Below, piece after piece: positions 27,893-37,745 of a stretch of DNA of 64,000 nt. The notes beneath the pieces are model-generated. The model did no database searches and had not been told where the DNA came from. It was given only the letters and a program-made list of their open reading frames with translations. Position numbers and translations under genes: made by a program. Source of the DNA: an uncultured bacterium (lineage in GTDB: Bacteria > UBP7 > UBA6624); the NCBI GenBank assembly GCA_964012435.1, contig CAXGSM010000002.1, forward strand, positions 634-64,633. The letters are read 5' to 3'. Position 1 is the stretch's first letter. Every line of letters begins with the position of its first letter.

Positions 27893-29082
27893 TGAAAACA
27901 CTTATTTACGGTATGGGGATAAGTGGTAAATCGGCTGCTGAATACTTGGAGAGGAAAAAAGAAAAAATTGTTGTTTATGACGATAATAAAAAATCAAAAA
28001 AATACATGAACTGGAATCAAGATCTCTCTAATATCAAGGCAATAGTTGCTTCTCCTGGAATACGCTCTACAAATCCAATTTTAAAAAAAGCTCAAGATTT
28101 AAACATACCGATACACTGTGATATTGGGCTTGTATCTTTTGAAAAAAAATTACCAAAAATAATTTCCGTAACTGGAACTGCTGGAAAAACAACACTTGTA
28201 AGCTTGCTTGTAGATGTTTTAAATGCAGATGGGGAAAAATCAATAGCATTAGGAAACTATGGTCTTTCTCCCTTGGATGTATTGAAAAATAATTATAAAT
28301 ATTGGGTAATAGAGGTTTCAAGTTTTCAATCAAAAAGACTGGCTTTCCTGAAACCAAACATAGGTATCTATTTAAATCTCTCACAAAATCATCTTGACTG
28401 GCATGAAACAATCGAAGATTACAAAATCTGCAAAGGAACAATTTTCAAAAACCAGGATTCTAATGATTTGAGAATAGTAAACCCTGATCTTGAAAAAAAA
28501 TACATAACAGGCAAAGCAAAAGAAAAAGAAATAAAGAAAAATGAATTTTCAAACCTAAGAGAAGATATTCATGAAGACACTTTATCTACTCTTGGCTTAT
28601 GCATAAAAGAATTAAATCTAAATCACAATATAGCAAAACAATCAGTCATGAACTTTAAAACATTAATGCATAGATATCAAAAAATCAATACAAACGATGG
28701 AATTCATTGGATTAATGATTCAAAAGCAACAACACCTCTTGCCACATTGACAGCTATAGAAAGAACTCCTGCTGGATCAATAGTCTTAATGGGGGGAAGC
28801 GACAAAGACCTTAGCTATAAAAAAACATTAGAAAAGATAAAAAAGAAAAAAATGAAATTAATACCATTTGGAGATATATCTCATGCACTACATGAAGAAG
28901 CAAACAAGCTTTCAGTAGATTCTTCAAAACCATGTGAATCATTAAAAAAAGCAATTCAAAAAGCGAAAAATAACGGAAAAGGAAAAACCATATTGTTATC
29001 CCCAGGAACGGCAAGTTTTGACGAATTTGCAGGCTATGAACAAAGAGGAATGTACTTTATCGAAAAAATAAAAGGAGGTTGA
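27892..29082 (+). CDS. murD: UDP-N-acetylmuramoylalanine--D-glutamate ligase
   Basis: MKTLIYGMGISGKSAAEYL and VTGTAGKTT. The ATG at 27892 overlaps the mraY stop (TGATG). The track start at 27808 lies inside mraY. Confidence 0.9.
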   Translation: MKTLIYGMGISGKSAAEYLERKKEKIVVYDDNKKSKKYMNWNQDLSNIKAIVASPGIRSTNPILKKAQDLNIPIHCDIGLVSFEKKLPKIISVTGTAGKTTLVSLLVDVLNADGEKSIALGNYGLSPLDVLKNNYKYWVIEVSSFQSKRLAFLKPNIGIYLNLSQNHLDWHETIEDYKICKGTIFKNQDSNDLRIVNPDLEKKYITGKAKEKEIKKNEFSNLREDIHEDTLSTLGLCIKELNLNHNIAKQSVMNFKTLMHRYQKINTNDGIHWINDSKATTPLATLTAIERTPAGSIVLMGGSDKDLSYKKTLEKIKKKKMKLIPFGDISHALHEEANKLSVDSSKPCESLKKAIQKAKNNGKGKTILLSPGTASFDEFAGYEQRGMYFIEKIKGG

Positions 29083-29084
29083 TT

Positions 29085-30491
29085 ATGGATAGTCAAAAAA
29101 ATATACACTTTATAGCAATGGGAGGAAGTGGCATGGAGCCGCTTGCCAGATGGTGCGCAGAAAAAGGATACAAGGTTTCAGGTTCTGATATTTCAGAAAA
29201 ATCAGTAAAAAAACTAACTGAACTTGGTTTTGACTGCAAGCTAAAACATTCGGAAGAGAATATTCCAGAAAATTGTAATCTTGTTGTTTATTCAAATGCA
29301 ATACCAGAAAACAATATAGAAGTTCAAGAAGCAAAACAAAGAAACATAACAAGATTGCATAGACCGATATTTCTTGCAAAACAATTTAACAAAGCAGAAA
29401 AAAGAATAGCTATAACTGGAACCCATGGAAAAACAACAACGAGCTCTTTAATATCATGGATTGTATATAAATCTGGAAGAGACCCCAATGTTCTTATTGG
29501 TGGAGAAATGCTTAATTGGAATGCTGGCTACAGAGTTGGAAATAATAAATACTTTGTTGTTGAAGCAGATGAAAGTAATCCTGAATTTGTCAATCTAGAC
29601 CCAACAACACTTGTTCTAAACAATCTAGACTGCGATCATATGGATACATACAGAACAATGGAAAATCTTGAAAGGTACATTACGGACTATTTAACAAGCC
29701 GTGATGAGAAATGCAATTTTGTAATGCCTAGAGAAAAAGGATTAGGAATGTCAAAAATACTTGAAAATAGCTCCATTAGACCAGGCAGCATCATTACAAC
29801 AGCTCTCATTGAAAGTGACAAAGAACTTGGGCAAGGAAGCATGGCTGATAGAGCATTGCTGGAAGGGAAAATAATTAGCGAAGGCGAAAGAGGGATGCTG
29901 ATGAGGGTTCTTTATTACGGCTTGCCTTTAGGTGAATTCTTTTTGCCTCTTTCTGGCAAGCATAACGCAAGAAATGTCCTTTCAGCAATTGGTGCGTGTT
30001 TAACATTAGGGATGGATGAAAATGAAATCTACGAAGGGTTAAGGTCTTTCAAAGGTGTAGGCAGAAGAATGGAAAGAATTGGAAACACTGCTGTAGGTGA
30101 AATTTTTTCAGACTATGCACATCATCCCACAGCGCTAAGAGAAACACTAAAAAGTATTAAAAGTAAATACAAAAACAAAAAAATTGGAATTGTTTTCGAG
30201 CCACATAGATATACAAGGTTACAAAAAACACATGAACAATTTTCAAATGTTTTAAATTCTTTTGAATTCAATCAAAAACTTATATTGCCAATCTATACAG
30301 CAGGGGAAAAAGAAATTGATGGAATTAGCAGTGAACTTCTTGTAAGCAATAATTCTGATTGCCAACTTGTTCAGCGAGAAGACATGATTGAAAATCTTGT
30401 AAATGGTGAAAATGACATAATTATTTTTCTAGGAGCGGGAAACATACATAAAATTGCTAATCAAACATTCCAGCTTTGTCAAATTAATTAA
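29085..30491 (+). CDS. murC: UDP-N-acetylmuramate--L-alanine ligase
   Basis: IHFIAMGGSGMEPLA and ITGTHGKTTT. AAGGAGG lies 6 nt upstream of the ATG at 29085. Confidence 0.92.
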   Translation: MDSQKNIHFIAMGGSGMEPLARWCAEKGYKVSGSDISEKSVKKLTELGFDCKLKHSEENIPENCNLVVYSNAIPENNIEVQEAKQRNITRLHRPIFLAKQFNKAEKRIAITGTHGKTTTSSLISWIVYKSGRDPNVLIGGEMLNWNAGYRVGNNKYFVVEADESNPEFVNLDPTTLVLNNLDCDHMDTYRTMENLERYITDYLTSRDEKCNFVMPREKGLGMSKILENSSIRPGSIITTALIESDKELGQGSMADRALLEGKIISEGERGMLMRVLYYGLPLGEFFLPLSGKHNARNVLSAIGACLTLGMDENEIYEGLRSFKGVGRRMERIGNTAVGEIFSDYAHHPTALRETLKSIKSKYKNKKIGIVFEPHRYTRLQKTHEQFSNVLNSFEFNQKLILPIYTAGEKEIDGISSELLVSNNSDCQLVQREDMIENLVNGENDIIIFLGAGNIHKIANQTFQLCQIN

Positions 30492-31360
30492 TGCTACAAA
30501 AATTCAAAGACTTTGATGGAAGAAATCTAACCACCTTCAAGATTGGTGGGAGGATAAAGAAACTTCTAATTGCATCAACTCTCAAAGAGCTAAAAGAAGC
30601 AATTGAAATTCTTTCGAATAAAAAAAGATGGCTGATTTTAGGTGCTGGAAGCAATGTTTTAATATCAGATAAAGGACTAGATGGAGCAATAAAACTAAAA
30701 GGAGATTTTTTGAAAATTACACATCATAACAATCTAGTATCTTGTGGTGGTGGAACGTTCGGATCAGCGGTAATCAAATATGCTGAAAATCAATCTTTAT
30801 CTGGAATGGAGCCATTTTCAGGATTGCCAGGAACGATTGGAGGATGGATAGCAACAAACTGCGGCCCAAAAGAAATGAATATTATTGACATACTCGAATC
30901 AGTTACAGTTATAAATAAAAAAACACTTCAAGTAAAAACACTTCAAAAAAATGACTTTGGATATGGCTATAGATATTGCTCGCTAAAAAATCAATACGGA
31001 ATAATAAAGGCCAACTTTAAATTACAAAATAAACAAAAAGAAAAAATAAAGCAAGAAAATCAAAAATTCATGAAATACAGATTATCAACACAGCCAAAAG
31101 GAAGCTCTGTAGGTTGTATATTTAAAAATCCCAAAGGTAAATCAGCTGGAAAAATAATAGATTCATGTGGGCTTAAAGGATTCAAGATTAAAAATTTACA
31201 AGTTTCAAAAACACATGGAAATTTCATAATAAATCAAGGAAAATCAAAAGCTGAAGATGTTTTTGAAATGATAGAAGCAATCAAAAAAAATGTATTCTCA
31301 AAAACAGGAATAAAACTAACTGCTGAAGTAGAAAAAATAGGACATTTTAAGCATGACTGA
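30491..31360 (+). CDS. murB: UDP-N-acetylenolpyruvoylglucosamine reductase
   Basis: TTFKIGG, GAGSNVLISD and the C-terminal GCIFKNP motif. 289 aa. TAATG junction with murC. Confidence 0.9.
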   Translation: MLQKFKDFDGRNLTTFKIGGRIKKLLIASTLKELKEAIEILSNKKRWLILGAGSNVLISDKGLDGAIKLKGDFLKITHHNNLVSCGGGTFGSAVIKYAENQSLSGMEPFSGLPGTIGGWIATNCGPKEMNIIDILESVTVINKKTLQVKTLQKNDFGYGYRYCSLKNQYGIIKANFKLQNKQKEKIKQENQKFMKYRLSTQPKGSSVGCIFKNPKGKSAGKIIDSCGLKGFKIKNLQVSKTHGNFIINQGKSKAEDVFEMIEAIKKNVFSKTGIKLTAEVEKIGHFKHD

Positions 31361-32351
31361 CAACCTCTTCGGAAAACAAGAAAAAAACAATCTAGATATA
31401 AACGTGAAAATCATTGCTTTAGGTGGTGCAGGATGCAAGATACTAAAAAGAATCAATAGCAGATTGCATAAAAGCATTCAAAAAGATGCAATAGACACAT
31501 CTATATCAAGCTTGAATAACCTTTCAGAAGATGTCAAAAAATACAACATAGCAGTAGATAGGTATGGAGGCAAAGGTACTGATTGTGATTATTACGGCTT
31601 AAAAGAATACCTTGTTGAAGACAAGATGGAAAATACAAAAATTGAAAAAACAGAAAATATTGATTTGATAATTTTCATATCCTGTTTAGGCTATGGTAGC
31701 GGATCAGCAATTCTTCCATGGGCGCTTGAACAGCTGGAACAATCTCTAGACCAACTTGGAAGAAAAACAATTAAGTTAGGTTTTTTCATCCAACCTACAG
31801 TAAGTGAAAATCCTGATTCTCTGGAGATAATTGATGACTCCTTGAAGCATTCAAATGACAAACTTGATTCTTATTTGATAATTTCAAATGACAAACTTTA
31901 CTCAAGCTTTCAAGGAACTTTGGAAGATGCCTTGCATAAAGCTGACTCCTGCCTTATGGAAATTATTGAGCTAATCATTGAGAACAATTACAACACTATA
32001 AATCTAGATAAAGCAAACATACTTGAGTTTTTCAGAAATGCAGGACAAATACATTTTGGACAAGGGAAATCAAAAGAAGAAACCATGATACATATGGCTA
32101 TTGAAGAATCATTTGAAGGAACACTCTTAAGACCTTTGCCAATCAACAAACCCCCTCATAGGGCTTTATGCTGGATAAATGGCCCTCCAATCAGTGCTTG
32201 CTTGCATCAAGAAATAGTAGAAAGTATTTCCTCAAGGTTATCTCCTGCCATAAACGGCAAGCAAGGAAAAATTAACATATCAATAAATACAATGAATCAA
32301 AAAATGCTTGAAATACATTTGATGCTCAGTAGCAAACAGGGAATTGCCTGA
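31353..32351 (+). CDS. highly divergent FtsZ/tubulin-family protein lacking a C-terminal tail
   Basis: Collinear by eye with the FtsZ core. T1 is IIALGGAGCKIL, the NTD-like region is AIDTS, and the G-box reads GYGSGSA (31689-31709). IISNDKL corresponds to IPNDKL. T7 reads NLDKAN (32001-32018). It lies at the end of the mur genes and before yggS. Confidence 0.65.
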   Translation: MTDNLFGKQEKNNLDINVKIIALGGAGCKILKRINSRLHKSIQKDAIDTSISSLNNLSEDVKKYNIAVDRYGGKGTDCDYYGLKEYLVEDKMENTKIEKTENIDLIIFISCLGYGSGSAILPWALEQLEQSLDQLGRKTIKLGFFIQPTVSENPDSLEIIDDSLKHSNDKLDSYLIISNDKLYSSFQGTLEDALHKADSCLMEIIELIIENNYNTINLDKANILEFFRNAGQIHFGQGKSKEETMIHMAIEESFEGTLLRPLPINKPPHRALCWINGPPISACLHQEIVESISSRLSPAINGKQGKINISINTMNQKMLEIHLMLSSKQGIA

Positions 32352-32352
32352 A

Positions 32353-32943
32353 ATGAAAATACCTTCAGGTGTAAGAATCATTGCGGCTGTAAAAAACAGA
32401 AATGATTCAGAGTTAGAAAAAATCCATTCAAAAGGTATACAAGATTTTGGAGAAAATAAATTACAAGAACATCTAAACAGGTCTGAAAAAATCAAAAGCA
32501 AAAATATAAATTGGCATTTCATTGGAAGGATTCAAATGAATAAAATTAAAAAAATATCCAAAGAATTCAAATTCATACACTCAATATCTAGATTTTCAGA
32601 AATCAAACAAATATCAAAACTAGGACCCCCTTATCCAACATGTTTAATTCAAATAAACCTAGGTGATAGTTCAAAATCAGGAATCAATCCAACAGACTTA
32701 AAGCCTTTATTAGACGTGTCAAGAAAAGAAAATCCTGAACTGCCGATTAAAGGTCTTATGACAATGCCTCCTTATACAACAAATCCGGAAGAAAATAGAA
32801 TGTGGTTTAGAGAGGTTAAAAAATTGGGTGAAGAAAATTTCAAAAAGCCATTATTGTCAATGGGAACAACTCAAGATTGGAAAGTAGCAATCTCTGAAGG
32901 TTCGAACATCATAAGATTGGGGAGGAAGATTTTTGAATTCTGA
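32353..32943 (+). CDS. yggS: YggS/YlmE-family pyridoxal-phosphate homeostasis protein
   Basis: IIAAVKNR (Lys for PLP), FGENKLQE, WHFIGRIQMNKIKKI, and C-terminal IRLGRKIF. Confidence 0.85.
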   Translation: MKIPSGVRIIAAVKNRNDSELEKIHSKGIQDFGENKLQEHLNRSEKIKSKNINWHFIGRIQMNKIKKISKEFKFIHSISRFSEIKQISKLGPPYPTCLIQINLGDSSKSGINPTDLKPLLDVSRKENPELPIKGLMTMPPYTTNPEENRMWFREVKKLGEENFKKPLLSMGTTQDWKVAISEGSNIIRLGRKIFEF

Positions 32944-33718
32944 ATGGATAGAACATTTAATACTTGGCTTAATCCAAGGAATTACAGAATTTTTACCAAT
33001 TTCATCTACTGGCCACCTTCTTCTTGTAAGAAACTTTTTTGGAATAAGTCCAGAATCAAATTCTGCTATCCTGACTATATTGCACCTTGGAACGCTTTTG
33101 AGCCTTTTGGTGGTTGAAGGTAAAAATTTAACTAAAATGATATTATCCAAGCATCCATTTCGCAATATTGAATTCCATGCAATATTCATAACAACACTTG
33201 CAACTTTGGTTTTTTATTTATCTTTTCAAAATTTATTTGAATCAAGCTTTCAAGATGCAGGAAGTGTTGCAATAGGTTTAGTTTTCACTGCATTTATTTT
33301 AGTTTATGCAGAATTAAGAAAATCAACATCATTTAAAAATCTGAGGCACACAACTTTTTTGGACTGGATCGCAATAGGTTTCCTGCAAGCAATCGCAATC
33401 ATACCTGGGGTTAGTAGATCTGGAGCAACAATAGCTGGGGGATTGCTCATTGGTATGAACAGATATGAGTCTGTTAAATTTTCTTTTATGCTCTCGATAC
33501 CAGTCATAATAGGAGCAACTCTCATAAAGCTGGAAAATATAGAATCGTATATTGCCGTTAATCCAGGACCTGCAATATTAGGATTTTTAACTGCTTTTTC
33601 ATTTGGGATATGGGCAATGAAGTTCATGTTAAATTATGTCAAAACAAATAAGCTTGAACCTTTTGCTATATATTGCTTGATATTAGGATTCCTTTCAATG
33701 TTGGTGGTAAATCGATGA
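32933..33718 (+). CDS. uppP: undecaprenyl-diphosphate phosphatase
   Basis: GLIQGITEFLPISSTGHL and PGVSRSGATI motifs. 261 aa and polytopic. TTG start (no in-frame ATG before the first motif). Confidence 0.9.
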   Translation: MNSEWIEHLILGLIQGITEFLPISSTGHLLLVRNFFGISPESNSAILTILHLGTLLSLLVVEGKNLTKMILSKHPFRNIEFHAIFITTLATLVFYLSFQNLFESSFQDAGSVAIGLVFTAFILVYAELRKSTSFKNLRHTTFLDWIAIGFLQAIAIIPGVSRSGATIAGGLLIGMNRYESVKFSFMLSIPVIIGATLIKLENIESYIAVNPGPAILGFLTAFSFGIWAMKFMLNYVKTNKLEPFAIYCLILGFLSMLVVNR

Positions 33719-35715
33719 AGCTAAAAATAAACCTAGAAACTTTTTTGATTTTATTCGTCATGTATCACACAATTGCAACAACAACACAAATATTAGATCC
33801 ACTATCAAAAAACTACAGAGAGTTATTTATCACTTTATGGGGAGTGAATTCATGGATTTACCCTTTGCTTCTTGTTTATCCCATCTTAAATTCAATTAAT
33901 GAAAAAAAATTCGCCAGACTTCTTTTGATTCCTTGGATTTTTTTACTTCTAGGGTCTGGAGATAATGCTGGCATATGGGGAAAAAAAATCTATTCTTTTG
34001 TGGAGGGCATAATTGACAAAGAAGGAATAATAATATTAAATACATTTACCTTTATTTCGATTGGTATTATCTACTTTGATCTAGATAAACATATAAAAAA
34101 TATCTTTCAAGACTTGTATAAAAAAAATAACTTCGAGAAAGATTTCAATTCTGGAAATTTTGAGAAAGATTTTGAATCATTAAAAAAGTCCAAAATAACA
34201 ACAAGCACCTTAGTTAAAAAGGATACGAAAAAGAAAGTTGCTCAAAAAACAAAAAGCCAAAAAAGCAACAAAAAAACAATTAAAAATCTAGAAAGTAAAC
34301 CAAGTTCAAAAGGGTACCATATACCAACAGAACTTTTACACAAACCAGAGCCAGTAATAGAAATGGGGATGCAAGAAGTAAAAGACATGGCTGACATAAT
34401 TATAAAAACCTTAAAAGATTGCGCTGGATCCGAAACATTTTATGAAAGCTGTGCTCAAGGACGTTCTGTTGTAAGGTTTGAATTTAGAGTTTCCCCATCT
34501 GCAAATTTATCAAAAATAAGAAGCTCTGCAGAAAATATTGCAGTAGCTATTGCAAGTGTAGGAAAGGTAAGAATAGAAGCACCTGTTATTGGAAAAAGCA
34601 CTATAGCTGTAGAGATACCTCAAAGAAATAAATCGATTTTAAGATTGAGTGAAGTTATAAAAAATCAAAAAAATGCAAATGGTTTAAATTTCATAATGGG
34701 AGCCCGAGTAGATGGAAGTCTATTTAATGTAGATTTAGCATCACTGCCTCATATGTTAATTGCAGGAGCAACACAATCTGGAAAATCAGTTTTTGTAAAT
34801 ACATTATTATTAAATTTGATATACAACAAAAGTCCAAAAGATCTAAAACTAATACTTGCGGATATGAAAAAAGTTGAATTGACTCTTTATAAAGATATTC
34901 CTCATCTGCTAGTTCCAATTGTATCAACTCCAGATCCAGCATTAAATGCATTAGATTGGGCAAGAGTAGAGGTTGATCGTAGATATGAATTATTGGAAGA
35001 GTCCAAAACAAAAAATTTAGAAGAATATAACAAAAAGTCTAAAAACAAACTCCCGTACATAGTTATAGTTTTGGAAGAACTTTCCGCACTTCTAATAACA
35101 TCCAAAAACAGAGTAATAGAATCCCTCTCTGATCTTTCAGAAAGAGCAAGAGCAGCAGGAGTCCATTTAATTGCAACAATGCAAAGGCCTGATTCAAAAA
35201 AACTAGACGGATCCGTTAAGGCTAACTTGCCTGGGAAAGTTAGTTTCAGGTTAGGAACAAGATCTGACTCAATAACAGTTTTCGGTAAGGGTGGAGCAGA
35301 GAACCTTTTAGGCAGAGGAGATCTTTATTTTGATAGTCCAACACACCCTGAATTAATAAGATGCCAAGCTCCATTGGTAGAAACAGAAGAAATAGAAAAA
35401 GTACTTGATTATCTAATTAAAAATTATGGTGAAGCTGAATACGACAAATCAGTTGAAGGCGAAGTGATAACACCAATAGATGAAATTAATGACGATATCT
35501 TGGAGGGCATGTCGAGCACTGATCGTCAGCTAATCAATGATATTAGACAAAGAATCAAAGATGAAGATGCAATAAGCGTAAGTCAACTTCAAAGACTTTT
35601 TGGTATTGGATACAATAAAGCATCAAGAATGATGATGATAATGGAACAATTAAACTGGGTTCATCAAGACCCAAATACATCAGCAGGCAAAAAAGGATGG
35701 GTGGTTGATCTGTGA
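33715..35715 (+). CDS. ftsK: DNA translocase FtsK/SpoIIIE
   Basis: 4 N-terminal TM helices and a K-rich linker. Walker A is GATQSGKSV and Walker B is VIVLEE. The C-terminal gamma winged-helix is SVSQLQRLFGIGYNKASRMM. The ATG at 33715 overlaps the uppP stop (ATGA). Confidence 0.9.
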   Translation: MKLKINLETFLILFVMYHTIATTTQILDPLSKNYRELFITLWGVNSWIYPLLLVYPILNSINEKKFARLLLIPWIFLLLGSGDNAGIWGKKIYSFVEGIIDKEGIIILNTFTFISIGIIYFDLDKHIKNIFQDLYKKNNFEKDFNSGNFEKDFESLKKSKITTSTLVKKDTKKKVAQKTKSQKSNKKTIKNLESKPSSKGYHIPTELLHKPEPVIEMGMQEVKDMADIIIKTLKDCAGSETFYESCAQGRSVVRFEFRVSPSANLSKIRSSAENIAVAIASVGKVRIEAPVIGKSTIAVEIPQRNKSILRLSEVIKNQKNANGLNFIMGARVDGSLFNVDLASLPHMLIAGATQSGKSVFVNTLLLNLIYNKSPKDLKLILADMKKVELTLYKDIPHLLVPIVSTPDPALNALDWARVEVDRRYELLEESKTKNLEEYNKKSKNKLPYIVIVLEELSALLITSKNRVIESLSDLSERARAAGVHLIATMQRPDSKKLDGSVKANLPGKVSFRLGTRSDSITVFGKGGAENLLGRGDLYFDSPTHPELIRCQAPLVETEEIEKVLDYLIKNYGEAEYDKSVEGEVITPIDEINDDILEGMSSTDRQLINDIRQRIKDEDAISVSQLQRLFGIGYNKASRMMMIMEQLNWVHQDPNTSAGKKGWVVDL

Positions 35716-35769
35716 AGAAAAAAATCAATACACAAACAATTAAACATGCTCGTATAGGGTTTTCGAAAA

Positions 35770-36654
35770 ATGGATCCTGATTTTTTCTCTTTAGGAAACT
35801 TCACAATAAGATGGTATGGCTTATGTATGGCTTCTACTGTGTTTATATCCTGGTGGTGGTCTAATAAATGGATAGAAAATAATAAAAAATCCGGTTTAAA
35901 CAAGAAAGATTTTGAGGATGGTTTGTTCTGGGCTGTTGTTTGGGGTATATTTGGAGCAAGATTAATCTACGTTTTAACGAATCTTTCTCAGTATCAAAAT
36001 TTAACTGAAGCAATGCAAATATGGAGGGGAGGCTTATCATTTCATGGAGCAATTGCTTTTGGTATTTTTTACTGGTCATTATGGGCAAGAAAAAGAAATA
36101 TAAAACTATGTAGGATATTAGACCTACTAGCTTATCCTTCAGCAATAGGTATCATTTTTGGCAGAATTGGAAACCTTATGAATGGAGATGATGCAGCAGG
36201 AAGGTTAACGAATTTGCCTATAGGTTACACATGGCCAGAAAAAGCATATGGCTTCTCAAGCTTTTGCCCTAACGCTGAAGAAACTATTGCTACATGTTCA
36301 GTCGAACTTGTGAGAGGTCCAGTTCACCTTTCTCAAGTTTACGGAATGCTTGTTGGGTTAATACTTTTTTTAATATTGTGGATAGGCACAAGACGCCCTA
36401 AGCATGAAGGATGGCTAACTGGTCAATGGTTGATATGGTACTCTCTATTAAGATCGGTATTAGAAGAACCTTTTCGAAATAATCCTATATACTGGCAAGT
36501 TTTTGAAAATAAAGAAATTGGCTTTTCGGTTTTCACATTAACTCAAATAGCCTCTTTCTTGATAATTGCAATAGGCCTTCTAGTGTTAAAAATGACACAA
36601 AAAAACGATACAAGCCCTTGGACAGGTTTTAATTATTTTAAAATTAAGGAATGA
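35770..36654 (+). CDS. lgt: prolipoprotein diacylglyceryl transferase
   Basis: IRWYGL, GGLSFHGA and GRIGNLMNGD motifs. Polytopic, 294 aa. Confidence 0.88.
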   Translation: MDPDFFSLGNFTIRWYGLCMASTVFISWWWSNKWIENNKKSGLNKKDFEDGLFWAVVWGIFGARLIYVLTNLSQYQNLTEAMQIWRGGLSFHGAIAFGIFYWSLWARKRNIKLCRILDLLAYPSAIGIIFGRIGNLMNGDDAAGRLTNLPIGYTWPEKAYGFSSFCPNAEETIATCSVELVRGPVHLSQVYGMLVGLILFLILWIGTRRPKHEGWLTGQWLIWYSLLRSVLEEPFRNNPIYWQVFENKEIGFSVFTLTQIASFLIIAIGLLVLKMTQKNDTSPWTGFNYFKIKE

Positions 36655-37745
36655 GACAAATGAAAAAAACATTAATCACTATTTTTACATCTTTGATTTT
36701 CTTTTCGTGTGGGAAAGTCAATAACGAGCACACCCTGCTCTATCTAGTTAACGAAAGGCCAGATGAGGTTGTTATAGTTGATACATCCGATCAAAAAGTT
36801 ATCAATAGATTTATGGCTGGAGAAGGCCTAAATGACTTAACCCTTATCCCAAATCAAGGAATAGGATTTATAGCAAATCAACATGGTGGCGTAATATCTG
36901 TTGTTGATCTAAACATGGGAACGCTAGAAAGCGAAATACCTACAAATGGGTTTCCTTTGCATTTAACCAGCCCTCCTTCCGGTGAAAAAGTTTATGCAAC
37001 TGTAGCAAATCCAGAAACGCTTCAAGCAAATGAAGTAAGTGTTTTCTCTGTTGAATCGTCATCTTTTATTGAATCAATACCTGTAGGTAACACTATAAAC
37101 AATATAGAAATACATCCTGATGGAAAAACCCTTTATGCAACAAGAGCAAATACCGCAATGTTATTTCTAGTTGACACGGTTGAAAAGATAATAAAAAAAG
37201 AAAAAGTTTTATCTAATTCGCCTGCAGCAATGGCTGTAAGCCCAGACGGAAAATACATCGCTCTTGCCTTAACGCAAACCGATACAGTGCAAATATATGA
37301 TCAAAATGCAGAAGATTTAATATTCTCAATACCTGTAGGCGATGCTCCAAGAGCTGTAACATTTTCAGATGATGGAAAATTAGTTTTAGCTGCTGATATG
37401 AGAACAAGATTTGTCCATATCGCAAAAACTGACACAGGTGAAATTATTGGAAAAATAAAATTCGACATGGCTCCAACAAACTTAAGAGTCGTTAATGGAA
37501 AAGTTTGGGCTACAGTCAAAGCTCCTTTTATTTTTGGAGCAGACCTTACAAGCTTGGAGATAACAGACAAAATTCATCTCAACTCTATCCCTGTTACCTT
37601 TGAGGCAGTAGCCCCCAACAAGCTCTCGTTAAGCGATAATGACTCTGGTTTACCAATAGTTGAAATCGCCATATTTTTAGTTATTTTTTATCTTATAAAA
37701 AAGGGAAAAAGACAAGAAAAGAAAGAGGGGAAGGAAGATAATTGA
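36651..37745 (+). CDS. YVTN-type beta-propeller repeat lipoprotein with C-terminal TM/basic tail
   Basis: Lipobox LIFFSCG. Repeated about 40-residue units (..VYATV.., ..LYATRAN.., ..SPDGKYIALAL.., ..FSDDGKLVLAAD..). The C-terminus is LPIVEIAIFLVIFYLIKKGKRQEKK. Confidence 0.65.
   Translation: MRQMKKTLITIFTSLIFFSCGKVNNEHTLLYLVNERPDEVVIVDTSDQKVINRFMAGEGLNDLTLIPNQGIGFIANQHGGVISVVDLNMGTLESEIPTNGFPLHLTSPPSGEKVYATVANPETLQANEVSVFSVESSSFIESIPVGNTINNIEIHPDGKTLYATRANTAMLFLVDTVEKIIKKEKVLSNSPAAMAVSPDGKYIALALTQTDTVQIYDQNAEDLIFSIPVGDAPRAVTFSDDGKLVLAADMRTRFVHIAKTDTGEIIGKIKFDMAPTNLRVVNGKVWATVKAPFIFGADLTSLEITDKIHLNSIPVTFEAVAPNKLSLSDNDSGLPIVEIAIFLVIFYLIKKGKRQEKKEGKEDN

Noticed and set aside
34129-34173. Imperfect direct repeat encoding NFEKDF...NFEKDF in ftsK.
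   Set aside because: It lies in the low-complexity, K/N-rich linker between the TM and motor domains, which is variable in all FtsK proteins. It has only two imperfect copies.
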